DNA from: a bacterium
GTDB lineage: Bacteria; Electryoneota; Electryoneia; Electryoneales; Electryoneaceae
Reading direction: 5' to 3'
NCBI GenBank assembly: GCA_963675295.2
Contig: CAXXKJ010000002.1
Span: 3,456,001 to 3,520,000 of the forward strand
DNA length: 64,000 bases
Each line of letters opens with the position of its first letter. The stretch's first letter is position 1. Of this stretch, positions 30,105-39,461 are shown one piece after another. The notes beneath the pieces were generated by a model. The model was given only the letters and a program-made list of their open reading frames with translations, was not told where the DNA came from and did no database searches. The position numbers were made by a program, and so were the translations under genes.

Positions 30105-31277
30105 ATGATGCGAACCACCCTCACGACGAAGCGAACGATCCTCATGACGCTGCGATTTTTCCTATTGGTAGGATTGGTTCTCCTCCCCGTCCTAACCGCC
30201 GCGCAGGTGGAACAGGACTTCCCGTTGGGGAATTCCGGCGAAACGATCACCATGGTGTATGTCGAGCCGGGCTCGTTCATGATGGGCGCGCAGCCGGACG
30301 ATCCGAACGCGCAGGACGACGAACATCCGCAGCATCCGGTGACGTTGACGCGTGGCTACTGGATCGGCAAGTACGAGCTGACGCAGGCGCAGTGGACGGC
30401 GGTGATGGGCGACTGGCCATACTGGTTCCCGGGGGAGAATCACCCCGCCGAAATGATGTCATGGAACGACATTCACGACTCGTTCCTGCCGGCGTTGAAC
30501 GAAGGGCTGGACGCTCCGCAGTGGCGTCTGCCGACGGAGGCGGAATGGGTGTATGCGGCGTGCGCCGGGCGTGACAGCACGCGGTTCTGGTGGGGCGACG
30601 ACTGGGACTTCGAGCAGCTTGGAAATTACGCGTGGTACTGGGACAACAACACGCCGCACGGCACGAAGCCGGTCGGATTGAAGGAGCCGAACCCGTGGGG
30701 GCTGTACGACACGGCGGGGAATGTGTGGGAGTTTGTCGCCGACTGGTACCGGCCGGATTATTACGCCAACAGCCCGGAAATCGATCCGCCGGGACCGTTC
30801 AACGGGCGTGTGCATCCGATCCGTGGCGGGGCGTGGCGCTCACCAGTGCAGAACATCCGCACGGCCGACCGTGGCACCCGCATCCCGCACCAGATCCGCT
30901 ATTGTACCGGCCTGAGGCTGGTGTATGACCCGGAAGCACAGCCCGCGGATTTCGTGCTCGAGATGACACCGGCGAACCTGAGCGTGCCGTCCACGGGCGG
31001 GCCGCTGGAATTCGCGGTCACGTTGACCAACAACACCGCGCAGGCGCAGCAGGTGATCGGCTGGACCGAGGCGATCTCGCAACAGGGTGTGCAATTCTAC
31101 CCGCTGCTGCAACGGTCGCTGAATTTGCAGCCGGGGAGCGTGACGTTCACCGGGCTGGTGCAGGACATTCCGCCCAACGCGCCGGCGGGATCGTGGACGT
31201 TTGTCGCGCGGCTTAGCATCCAGTCGCTGCCGAACGTGCAGGCGTGGGATAGCTACGAGTTTCAGAAGGAAGAGTGA
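30105..31277 (+). CDS. Secreted formylglycine-generating-enzyme (FGE/SUMF1) family domain protein + shared C-terminal domain
   Basis: PGSFMMG, YELTQAQW, RLPTEAEW, PNPWGLYDTAGNVWE, RGGAW, GLRLV. Confidence 0.9.
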   Translation: MMRTTLTTKRTILMTLRFFLLVGLVLLPVLTAAQVEQDFPLGNSGETITMVYVEPGSFMMGAQPDDPNAQDDEHPQHPVTLTRGYWIGKYELTQAQWTAVMGDWPYWFPGENHPAEMMSWNDIHDSFLPALNEGLDAPQWRLPTEAEWVYAACAGRDSTRFWWGDDWDFEQLGNYAWYWDNNTPHGTKPVGLKEPNPWGLYDTAGNVWEFVADWYRPDYYANSPEIDPPGPFNGRVHPIRGGAWRSPVQNIRTADRGTRIPHQIRYCTGLRLVYDPEAQPADFVLEMTPANLSVPSTGGPLEFAVTLTNNTAQAQQVIGWTEAISQQGVQFYPLLQRSLNLQPGSVTFTGLVQDIPPNAPAGSWTFVARLSIQSLPNVQAWDSYEFQKEE

Positions 31278-31425
31278 AAGGTCAGTGGTCAGTTCTCAGT
31301 GGTCAGTGGTCAGTGGTCAGGTCGGTAAATCAGAAAACCAGTTGGCCCGGGTCATCTCGTGATTCGGGTTTCATGTCTCTGTAATCAGAAACCCAAGGCT
31401 GAAGCCCCGGGCCACCCCTCAAAAA

Positions 31426-33735
31426 CTATTTCAACAGTGTCACGCGTTTTGTTCGCGTCTGGCCGTTCGCCTCGGCGTGGATGAAGTAGCTGCCGCTGGG
31501 CAGTGTGCTGGCGTTCACGCGCAGGGATTGGCGTCCGGCTGGAACCGGTGAGTCAGCCAACCGCAGCACCCGGCGTCCGAGAATGTCGTAGAGGTCAACA
31601 CGCAACAGTCCGGCGGCGGGCATGGTGACTGAGATGCGCGCGTTGGCGTTGAACGGATTCGGCCAGACCGGGCTCAGGGTGAATCGGCTGGGGATATTGT
31701 GCGATGCAGCTTGGTACGACGGGTCTTCAACACTGACTGTCGTGGGCATGTCGAAAATGCGGAATTGTTTGTCCACATTGTAGATCACGTCGTCGCCGGG
31801 TAAAACACCCCTGGAATGGGAGTGAGTTGACTGCGCGATGACCTCAGGCTGGGCCGGATCCTGCGTCAGATCCAAGACGTACAAACCGTTACCACCATAG
31901 TACCAACACGCATACAAATAGCCCCAACGAGCGGCAATTTGATAGGGAACTCCCCCATAAAGATCTGCGAAGCTGAATGTTCCATCCTGAACAATGTTGA
32001 GAGGATCACTGAGATCGTAGCATCGAAGTTCGGACTCGTCCCAACCCCATTCAATGTGACGTCTCCAGACAGTTGCGTAGGCACGATTGGCCTCAATCGT
32101 GGCCGAGGTGAATGAAATCACAACATAGGGATCTGGATCTTCAACCTGCTGTGAAAATCGAAGTACCGGGTTCAGGGGATCGGCGAGCGAATGGATCTGC
32201 GTGTAATCAGAGCCTGTCGTGATCATCCAGTCATCATTGACCTCGACCTGGGCCACCCCGATCCCGTCCGCACGGGTAATCTCCACTGGCGAGCGGGACC
32301 AGGTTACATCATAGATAACGACGCAGTTCCATGCGGCAACGTACAGCATGTGATTTTGGAAATCGGCATCGAACGGCTGATAGTCAAGCTGTATGTCACG
32401 GATTAAGGTCAGATTTGACGGGTCGGACGAATCGATCAGATGAAACACCGGGCAGTCTTCGTCGAAAACGTACAACGTGTGGTACATGGCGACAACGTGA
32501 TCGCCAGCAATTGGCAGGTGACTCAACATCACAGGATGTGCCGGGTCGGACACGTCAATCGCGTCCAGACCGTCCCAAGCGTCGACGACAAACGCGATAT
32601 CGTCTTTGATATCGAACTGACCAATTTGACTCATGCCATGGTAATGATACAACAACCTTAGATCACTCAGGTCGCTTGTATCGAGCCCCATCAGTCCATA
32701 GCCGTTGCGTCCACCGGGTAGAGCGGAGAGGCCATTTTCCGGATTCCGAACCATGTAGTCGATCGGCTGGATGGTGTTCAACGTATCCAACAGAATCGGC
32801 TCGGAAGGATCTGAGAACGAATAGCTGGCCAGGTAGTACTCGGACCCGTCCCACCGCCGTGCGAGCCCGCCTACACCGTCGGGGGTATCAAAGGTTTGCA
32901 GATCGATTGGAGTCTCATCCTCGTCAAATTGATACAGCAGCACCGGATTGGTGGGGTCGGATACGTCATGGACGTACACGGTATACATTTCCGCCGTGAA
33001 CAGAAGGTTGTCCCGGTAAGAAAGCAGATAAGGGGAAGACCAATCGGGGAATATGTTCTCGTAAATGACGGGATTGTTCAGATCGGTCAGGTCGATCACA
33101 TTGATCTGGTCCCAGTCTGTTTCATAAACGATCCGGTTATCGTCGCAATAGAGCTGCCACGAATCGATGGCCATCAGATCGTGATCCAGGACGACGAAAT
33201 CCTGCAGGAATACGGGCTGGAGCGGATCGCTGACATCCATGATTCGTAGCGTGTCATCATCGACTCCAGACTCACCCACACAGTAAACTAGGATTTGATT
33301 CTCGTCTTGGAAGATTTTAACCGGGGTTGTGGGCAATTCATGGTTGTCTACAAACTCAGGGTTAGCCGGATCGATTATATCCCAGATTTGCAATGAATCG
33401 CCGTCCAGCGTATTCGTGATCTGATAAAACGCGTTGCCGACTCTGATGGGTGAACGACCCGTCATGTAGTTTGTCGGAATTGATCGCTCCAAACGAATCC
33501 AGTCTGGATCCTGTGTGTTCAACACATCCAGCACATAGTCTTCCGGTACCAACGTAATATCTGCTGATACTGGATAGGCCGCGTATGGCATCGACCAGGC
33601 GGGATACGTGGCGGATAACAGTTGCAATTCTTCCTGAGCGTGGGCGGTGGGTGTTGCGAGGAAGGTCAGTACAAGAAGAACACCGATGATTCGTGGCATG
33701 AATCCGGGAGAGGAAACAGTCGTAGTTGTCAACAT
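31426..33735 (-). CDS. LVIVD-repeat beta-propeller protein with T9SS type A sorting domain
   Basis: Many DVSDPxxP repeats; C-terminal WPNPFN...LYDILGRRV...LPSGSYF...KRVTLLK. Confidence 0.88.
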   Translation of the reverse strand: MLTTTTVSSPGFMPRIIGVLLVLTFLATPTAHAQEELQLLSATYPAWSMPYAAYPVSADITLVPEDYVLDVLNTQDPDWIRLERSIPTNYMTGRSPIRVGNAFYQITNTLDGDSLQIWDIIDPANPEFVDNHELPTTPVKIFQDENQILVYCVGESGVDDDTLRIMDVSDPLQPVFLQDFVVLDHDLMAIDSWQLYCDDNRIVYETDWDQINVIDLTDLNNPVIYENIFPDWSSPYLLSYRDNLLFTAEMYTVYVHDVSDPTNPVLLYQFDEDETPIDLQTFDTPDGVGGLARRWDGSEYYLASYSFSDPSEPILLDTLNTIQPIDYMVRNPENGLSALPGGRNGYGLMGLDTSDLSDLRLLYHYHGMSQIGQFDIKDDIAFVVDAWDGLDAIDVSDPAHPVMLSHLPIAGDHVVAMYHTLYVFDEDCPVFHLIDSSDPSNLTLIRDIQLDYQPFDADFQNHMLYVAAWNCVVIYDVTWSRSPVEITRADGIGVAQVEVNDDWMITTGSDYTQIHSLADPLNPVLRFSQQVEDPDPYVVISFTSATIEANRAYATVWRRHIEWGWDESELRCYDLSDPLNIVQDGTFSFADLYGGVPYQIAARWGYLYACWYYGGNGLYVLDLTQDPAQPEVIAQSTHSHSRGVLPGDDVIYNVDKQFRIFDMPTTVSVEDPSYQAASHNIPSRFTLSPVWPNPFNANARISVTMPAAGLLRVDLYDILGRRVLRLADSPVPAGRQSLRVNASTLPSGSYFIHAEANGQTRTKRVTLLK

Positions 33736-33842
33736 CGTGCCCCCCAGCAGTCGTTGTGAACATTGGTATAGAGAATTGATCTACTCTTTAACCTAGTCGG
33801 GAAAGCGGACGGGCGCAATGAAATGGGGAAACCTGGAGGATT

Positions 33843-35315
33843 TTACACCTGCCGTCTCAGGCGTTTGACGGGGATGTTGAGTTGTTCGCGGTATTTCTGG
33901 ACGGTGCGGCGGGCGATCTCGTAGCCGAATGTCTTCAGCTGGTCGGCGATGGCCTGGTCGCTGAGCGGCTTCTTTTTGTTTTCGGCGGCGATGATTTCCT
34001 TTAGCTTTTCCTTGATCGCGCGGGTGGAGACGTCGTCGCCGGACTCGGTGGTCATCTTGTCGTTGAAGAAGAACTTCAGTTCACGGACGCCGTACGGAGT
34101 CTGAACGTATTTCTCGCGGCTGACACGGCTGATGGTGGAGATATCCATGCTGATATCTTCGGCGATATCCTGCAGGATCATCGGCTTGAGGTCGGCGTCC
34201 CGGCCGGTCAGGAACCACGGTTTCTGGCGTTCGACAATCGCACGCATGGTGCGCAGCATGGTGGTCCGGCGCTGCATGATGGCGTTAATGAACCAGCGTG
34301 CGCTCTCTGCCTTCCGCATCGCGAACTCACGCGCTTCCTTGTCGGAGTTACGCTTCAGGATCAGCTTTTTCAGCTCGTCGTTGACGTAGAAGCTGGGGAT
34401 GTTGCCATCGTTCAGCATGACGGCGAATTCGGGTTCCTCGTCCTCGTCGTGCTGGATGATTTCGACGACAAGGTCCGGGAGGATGTAGTTCGTCTTCTCG
34501 TCAATGACACCCTCGCCCGGACGTGGGTTGAGCGTGGCGATCACCTCGAACGCGCTTTGCACTTCCTGCGGGGTGATCCCGAGCGCGGAAGCGATTGGTT
34601 CGAAGCGGCGGTTGACGAATTCGTCGAAATGGTCGCGGAGGATCAAGTACGCGGGCTCATTCTGCTTTTTCCGCACCTCGAGCTGGATCAGCAGGCATTC
34701 GCGCAGGTCGCGTGCGGCGACACCGGCGGGCTCGTACCGTTGGACGGCGTGCAGGACCGTTTCCACTTCCTCGCGTGAGGATTCGGTGAGGCCGGCGATC
34801 AGGTCGAGCGGAGCGTCCAGGTAGCCGCGCACATCGAGGCTGCCGATGATGTATTCGCCGATCAGCATCTGCTTGTCGGTAAAATGGTCCATCCGCAGCT
34901 GTTCGATCAGGTCTTCGCCGAGGGTCTGAACGTCGGCCTGCGGGATCTCGACCGCTTCGGCGAGGGATTGGTTCGACTTGTACATCCGGCGGTCGTCCGC
35001 GCGGGCGTCTTCCTGATCGTCAAAGAACGCCTCCCAGTCAGGTTCGCGTTCCTCGGACTCGGCTTCCTTCGCTTCACGATCCTCAGACTCTTCCCGGGCT
35101 TCCTTGACCGCGCTCGACTCGAGGGTCTCCCCTTCCGGCTGGACCTGGTCCATTTCCCGTTCATCGGCGATTTCAAGCAGCGGATTCTGCTCGAACTCCT
35201 GCTGGAAGCGGGCTTCCAGTTGAAGCAGCGGGGTCTGGATAAGCTCCGACCGCAGAATCTGCTGCGGCTGGGCGACCATCTCCTGCTTGAGGCCGATGAC
35301 TTGGGAAAGTTGCAC
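33843..35315 (-). CDS. rpoN: RNA polymerase sigma-54 factor
   Basis: RpoN box ARRTVQKYRE; STISR; GVAARDLRECLLIQL; PLSDQ. Confidence 0.97.
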   Translation of the reverse strand: MQLSQVIGLKQEMVAQPQQILRSELIQTPLLQLEARFQQEFEQNPLLEIADEREMDQVQPEGETLESSAVKEAREESEDREAKEAESEEREPDWEAFFDDQEDARADDRRMYKSNQSLAEAVEIPQADVQTLGEDLIEQLRMDHFTDKQMLIGEYIIGSLDVRGYLDAPLDLIAGLTESSREEVETVLHAVQRYEPAGVAARDLRECLLIQLEVRKKQNEPAYLILRDHFDEFVNRRFEPIASALGITPQEVQSAFEVIATLNPRPGEGVIDEKTNYILPDLVVEIIQHDEDEEPEFAVMLNDGNIPSFYVNDELKKLILKRNSDKEAREFAMRKAESARWFINAIMQRRTTMLRTMRAIVERQKPWFLTGRDADLKPMILQDIAEDISMDISTISRVSREKYVQTPYGVRELKFFFNDKMTTESGDDVSTRAIKEKLKEIIAAENKKKPLSDQAIADQLKTFGYEIARRTVQKYREQLNIPVKRLRRQV

Positions 35316-35319
35316 TCGC

Positions 35320-35595
35320 TAGTCCTGAGTTATGAGTCCTGAGTCTTGAGTCACTGACAGTTCAGCTGTGAGCTGTGAGCTCAAAATAAACTGCCAACAC
35401 CTAAATCCTTCAGTTCGTTCCGGATGACACCTTAAAACCAGTTGTGAGTGATGAGTTATGAGTTTTGAGTCAAAGACAATTGACAACCGATCACTGATCC
35501 CCGGTCATTGATCACTGACTACCGGCACTGCTGATCAGACTGCTAGAGTTGATGTGTGTCTTTTGAGCCCTGAGCCCCAAGCCCAGAGCCCGTGT
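35320..35595. repeat. Intergenic heptamer repeat arrays and a partial REP copy between lptB and rpoN
   Basis: TGAGTTA/TGAGTCC/TGAGTCT, TGAGCTG, GAGCCC(T/C)(G/A) runs; ATCCTTCAGTTCGTTCCGGATGACAC near 35405. Confidence 0.65.
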
Positions 35596-35664
35596 TCTAC
35601 ACTGACAGTAATATAACACATTCTCGGAGAATTATAACTATCTATTCTCCGTTTTAAGGTACGG

Positions 35665-36429
35665 CTACGCCTGGGCCCGTTTCAGTTCAAATGTCTCGCC
35701 GAGGTAGAGTTTCCGGGCCTCGGGGTCGACCGCCAGTTCCTCGCTGGACCCTGACTTGAGGATGCGTCCCTCGTACAGCAGGTAGGCGCGGTCGGTGATT
35801 GCCAGAGTTTCGTGCACGTTGTGGTCGGTGATCAGCACTCCGATCCCGCGTTTGACCAGGTTGCGCACGATGTCCTGAATGTCCGCGACGGCGATCGGGT
35901 CGATCCCGGCGAACGGTTCATCCAGCAGGATGAATTTGGGATCGGTAACGAGGCAGCGGGCGATTTCGGTACGCCGCCGTTCTCCGCCGGACAGGTTGAA
36001 CGCCTTGCTCTTGCGGATGTGCGTGATCGACAGTTCTTCCAGCAGGCGTTCGACAATCTCGCGGCGTTCCGACCGGCTGGCGGGCATGGTCTGTGCGATC
36101 GCCATCAGGTTGTCCTCGACGCTCAGTTTGCGGAAGACGCTGGCCTCCTGCGCGAGATAGCCGATGCCCATGCGTGCCCGCTGGAACATCTTCATCCGCG
36201 TGATATCCTTGTCGTCGAAGAGGATGCGGCCCTCGTTGGGCTGGATCATACCGACGGTCATGTAGAAGGATGTGGTCTTGCCGGCGCCGTTCGGGCCGAG
36301 CAGTCCGACGATCTCCTCCTGCTGAACCTCGATGGTGACATTATTGACCACCGTCCGGCGTCCGTACCGCTTGACGAGGTTCTCCGCCCGCAGACGGCTT
36401 CGTGTTGTACCCTGTTTATGGTCGTTCAT
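35665..36429 (-). CDS. lptB: LPS export ABC transporter ATP-binding protein
   Basis: [46 protein letters not shown]. Confidence 0.97.
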   Translation of the reverse strand: MNDHKQGTTRSRLRAENLVKRYGRRTVVNNVTIEVQQEEIVGLLGPNGAGKTTSFYMTVGMIQPNEGRILFDDKDITRMKMFQRARMGIGYLAQEASVFRKLSVEDNLMAIAQTMPASRSERREIVERLLEELSITHIRKSKAFNLSGGERRRTEIARCLVTDPKFILLDEPFAGIDPIAVADIQDIVRNLVKRGIGVLITDHNVHETLAITDRAYLLYEGRILKSGSSEELAVDPEARKLYLGETFELKRAQA

Positions 36430-37693
36430 TGCGCAGCTTTCCAGCGAGGTGTGGCGGGTAGAAGGTGCCTTCGGTGCCACCCAGGACACGCACGCTCTGC
36501 AAGTTGTTCTCTTCGATGTTCAGTTCGACGTGATCGCCGCTGACCTCGTTCGATCCCTGGTCGACGCCGTCCTGGAAAACGTGGTAGATGCCGACCGCCT
36601 GGCCGTAGCTGGCCATCTGGCTGATCTCGCCTTCGGTGAAGGTGAGCACGATCCGCTTGCCACGCAAGGAAGACCGCGGGGCGGTCTCGATGCTGTCGGA
36701 CGGTGTGTAGGCGACGGCGTTGCCCTTGACGACGGCGGAATCCAGTGTACCCTCGCGCATGTACATCCAGATCGAGTCGCCGAGGACTTCGTCCCGAATG
36801 TGCAGGATGCGCGGTTCTCCGACCAGCAACGCGAGATTGGAATCGGGGTAGAAGAACAGCTCGTCCCCCCACCCCTCGACGTCATGCCAGGTGATCTTGA
36901 CGTTGTCCCGGGCCAGCGCGAGGCCGTTCAGAGCGTCGTATTCCATGTATTCACCGACCACACGCGCCTCTTCCTGTTCGAGACTGTCGATCTGGATCAG
37001 GATTGGATTGGCCGGGATACGGGCGAACTGGCGCTCGGTGTCGTAGGTGCCGTTGTCGCCGGTGATGACGATCTTGCGGCGCAGATCCCGGCCGATGACG
37101 TTACGGTCAAAGGTGGCGACGTCGCTGACTTCGTCGTACTGGGCTTGTTCGCAGTACATGATCACGGAATCACGTTCAAGGATGACGTTTCCGCGCGCGA
37201 TGCTGCGGCGGTTGTTTTCGTAGTAGAAGACTTCGTCCGCCTTGAGGCTGCGTTCCGGGTCGATCATGACCACGTCGCCGTACATCTCAAGCAGGCCCTG
37301 CTGGCGGCGGTGACGTGCCCAGTCGCACCAGGTGGTCATGCTGTCCTGGATGATCTTGACATTGTTCTCGAGCAGGACGACTTCCTCGCCGCGTGCGTCC
37401 TCGATCTGCCGCAGCTCGCCGGCCCGGTCGAGGATGATTGCGCCGCCAGTGTCACGGCCCTGGCCGTGCCAGTCGCCCCGATCGTCCACACGATTCTGTC
37501 CGGAGACGATGGAATCTGACTCCATCTGCTGCCGCAGCTGTGCCTCTTCCGCACGTTTTTTTGCGATTGCCTTCGCCCGGGCCATCATTCCGGGGTCCGC
37601 TTCTTTCGTTTCGGTGCTGTCCTGACCGACCGCCGTGGTGAACAGGATGGCTAACGGCAACACGAGCAGCATGAGCAGACGTGGGATCCTCAT
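36416..37693 (-). CDS. OstA/LptA-like periplasmic LPS transport protein (long, multi-repeat)
   Basis: Signal peptide; repeated beta-jellyroll units (ARGNV, ARDNV, VKGNA); located between lptC and lptB. Confidence 0.8.
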   Translation of the reverse strand: MRIPRLLMLLVLPLAILFTTAVGQDSTETKEADPGMMARAKAIAKKRAEEAQLRQQMESDSIVSGQNRVDDRGDWHGQGRDTGGAIILDRAGELRQIEDARGEEVVLLENNVKIIQDSMTTWCDWARHRRQQGLLEMYGDVVMIDPERSLKADEVFYYENNRRSIARGNVILERDSVIMYCEQAQYDEVSDVATFDRNVIGRDLRRKIVITGDNGTYDTERQFARIPANPILIQIDSLEQEEARVVGEYMEYDALNGLALARDNVKITWHDVEGWGDELFFYPDSNLALLVGEPRILHIRDEVLGDSIWMYMREGTLDSAVVKGNAVAYTPSDSIETAPRSSLRGKRIVLTFTEGEISQMASYGQAVGIYHVFQDGVDQGSNEVSGDHVELNIEENNLQSVRVLGGTEGTFYPPHLAGKLRNERP

Positions 37694-38520
37694 GCCCCAC
37701 CTCCCCCGCTCGTAGCGGTGGTGTCGGTGGCGGAGGAATCCGTAACCGTGGAGTCAACGGCTGAGGTCTCGAACCGTTTCCCGAACGGCGACGCGGAGGG
37801 CGTGGCGGTGGAATCCTCGTCACCGTCTCCGCTGGGTCCGACGACGGACATGGTCTCTGACAACGGACGGTGCTGGCTTCGCTGGCGAGATGCGTCCAAC
37901 GCGGAATCGGCCTTGGTTTCTTCGCCGGGACGTGCTGGCGACAGCAGCATCCCGCCGCGTGGACCATCGCCATCAGAGTTGCGATGGCTGATGCCGGTCG
38001 GGTTGAGGATACGCTTCATCTTGAGGTCGTCGGTCGCGACCAGGCCGGTGCCGTGCAGCGTGTCGTAGTCGGTGATGATGGTGACGGTGGTGTCGTTGGT
38101 GATCAGCTTGCTGTCCCGTTCCCACCGCAGACGCGGGGTGAGGATGGTGGTTCCGGTGTCGGTTGTGACGACGACGTTGCCGATGGCGACCAGTTGTTCG
38201 CCATCTTCGAGCACCTGCCCGCTGTCGGCGGTGAGGTGGCTGGACTGGACACCGTCCTCGTAGAAAAAGATTTCGATACCGCCGTAGAAGATCGCCTTGT
38301 CCTTGCGGTCGTAGCGGTCAAGGTGCGGCGCGGTCAGCATGAACAGCTTCTCGCCGGCGTTGGAATGGGTCAGGGTAACGTCCTCGAATTCCTGCGACGG
38401 CAGGCCGAAACGGAGTTCATCCTCCGCCAGTTCGGTGCCGGTCTCGACATCCACGCAACCGTTGAGCGCGACGATCAGCGCCAGCAACAGGGGGATGGTG
38501 TGCAGGATGATCCGGTTCAG
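37690..38520 (-). CDS. lptC: LPS export protein LptC (lipoprotein); start uncertain (CTG 38520 or TTG 38487)
   Basis: Lipobox LNGC; LTADSG, AIGNVVV, L.W motifs; kdsC-lptC-lptA-lptB synteny. Confidence 0.85.
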   Translation of the reverse strand: MNRIILHTIPLLLALIVALNGCVDVETGTELAEDELRFGLPSQEFEDVTLTHSNAGEKLFMLTAPHLDRYDRKDKAIFYGGIEIFFYEDGVQSSHLTADSGQVLEDGEQLVAIGNVVVTTDTGTTILTPRLRWERDSKLITNDTTVTIITDYDTLHGTGLVATDDLKMKRILNPTGISHRNSDGDGPRGGMLLSPARPGEETKADSALDASRQRSQHRPLSETMSVVGPSGDGDEDSTATPSASPFGKRFETSAVDSTVTDSSATDTTATSGGGGA

Positions 38521-38523
38521 GAG

Positions 38524-39084
38524 TTACAACCCTCCCGCAGTGTCGTTTTCAATGCTGTCAAGCACCGCCTGGTACTTGTCCTGGGCTTTGACGATGGCTT
38601 CAACGGCGTCACGGATGACCCCGCGTCCGCCAGGTGTTTCGATGACGGCGTCCACTATCGCCTTGACGTCTTCGTGCGCATCGCTCGGGGCCATGGATAC
38701 GCCGACGCGTTTCAGCACCGGAATGTCGAACAGGTCGTCGCCGATGTAGACCGTCTCCTCCGCCGGGATGCCGGTTTCGTCGAGGATTTCCTGCAGGAAG
38801 CCGGTCTTGCGGAAATGGCCGCCCTTGATGCGGTCGATCTTGAATTTTTCCAGCCGGCGCTTGAGCAGGTCGACGACATTGCCGGTAATCACGGCGAACT
38901 CGAGACCGGCGAACTTGCCCATGACGAACCCGAAGCCGTCCCGCATCGAAAACGCCTTCATCGACATGCCGTTTTCGTTGTAGTAGGCGGTGCCGTCGGT
39001 CATCACACCGTCTACATCAAATATGACAAGCCGAATCGCTTTCAGTTTCTCCAGCACCGTTTCGTCACGAACGGTAAGTCCCAC
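38524..39084 (-). CDS. kdsC: KDO 8-phosphate phosphatase (HAD family)
   Basis: FDVDGVMTDG, DGFG, YIGDDLFD, GGRGVIRD. Confidence 0.93.
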   Translation of the reverse strand: MGLTVRDETVLEKLKAIRLVIFDVDGVMTDGTAYYNENGMSMKAFSMRDGFGFVMGKFAGLEFAVITGNVVDLLKRRLEKFKIDRIKGGHFRKTGFLQEILDETGIPAEETVYIGDDLFDIPVLKRVGVSMAPSDAHEDVKAIVDAVIETPGGRGVIRDAVEAIVKAQDKYQAVLDSIENDTAGGL

Positions 39085-39461
39085 TCTTTCGCCCTCCGGG
39101 TTCCCCGGTGTATACGCTTGCGGGGACCGTGAAGATCCCGCGCCGTATCACATTTTGGTGTCTGGCCTGTTTTTTGCTCTGCAAAGCTACCCAAGCTCAC
39201 GGGTACGAAGCAAGGGCAATCTTTCCGAGCTCAGCAGGCTCATGGAAACAGCAGGATGCAAGGTGTGGAATCACAGAAGGATCGTTGCCCCAGTCAGCGG
39301 GCAGGAGTACCTCCCGGGACAGAGAGAGTAGCCGGCATTATCTCGGCAACTCCGCCCCGTCCTGCCGCGTGCACACGATACCCGGCAGCTCATTCGCGCC
39401 AGCCTGGCAGCTGTGTGGCAGGTGCCAGGCAGACGCCCCATCATGACGATAAGGATTTCTG

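Noticed and set aside
30105-31277. FGE/CLec-fold gene as the target of a diversity-generating retroelement using the RT at 58764-59723
   Set aside because: No template repeat differing at adenines was seen in the window, no avd-like gene is present, and the RT has retron motifs with its own msr/msd
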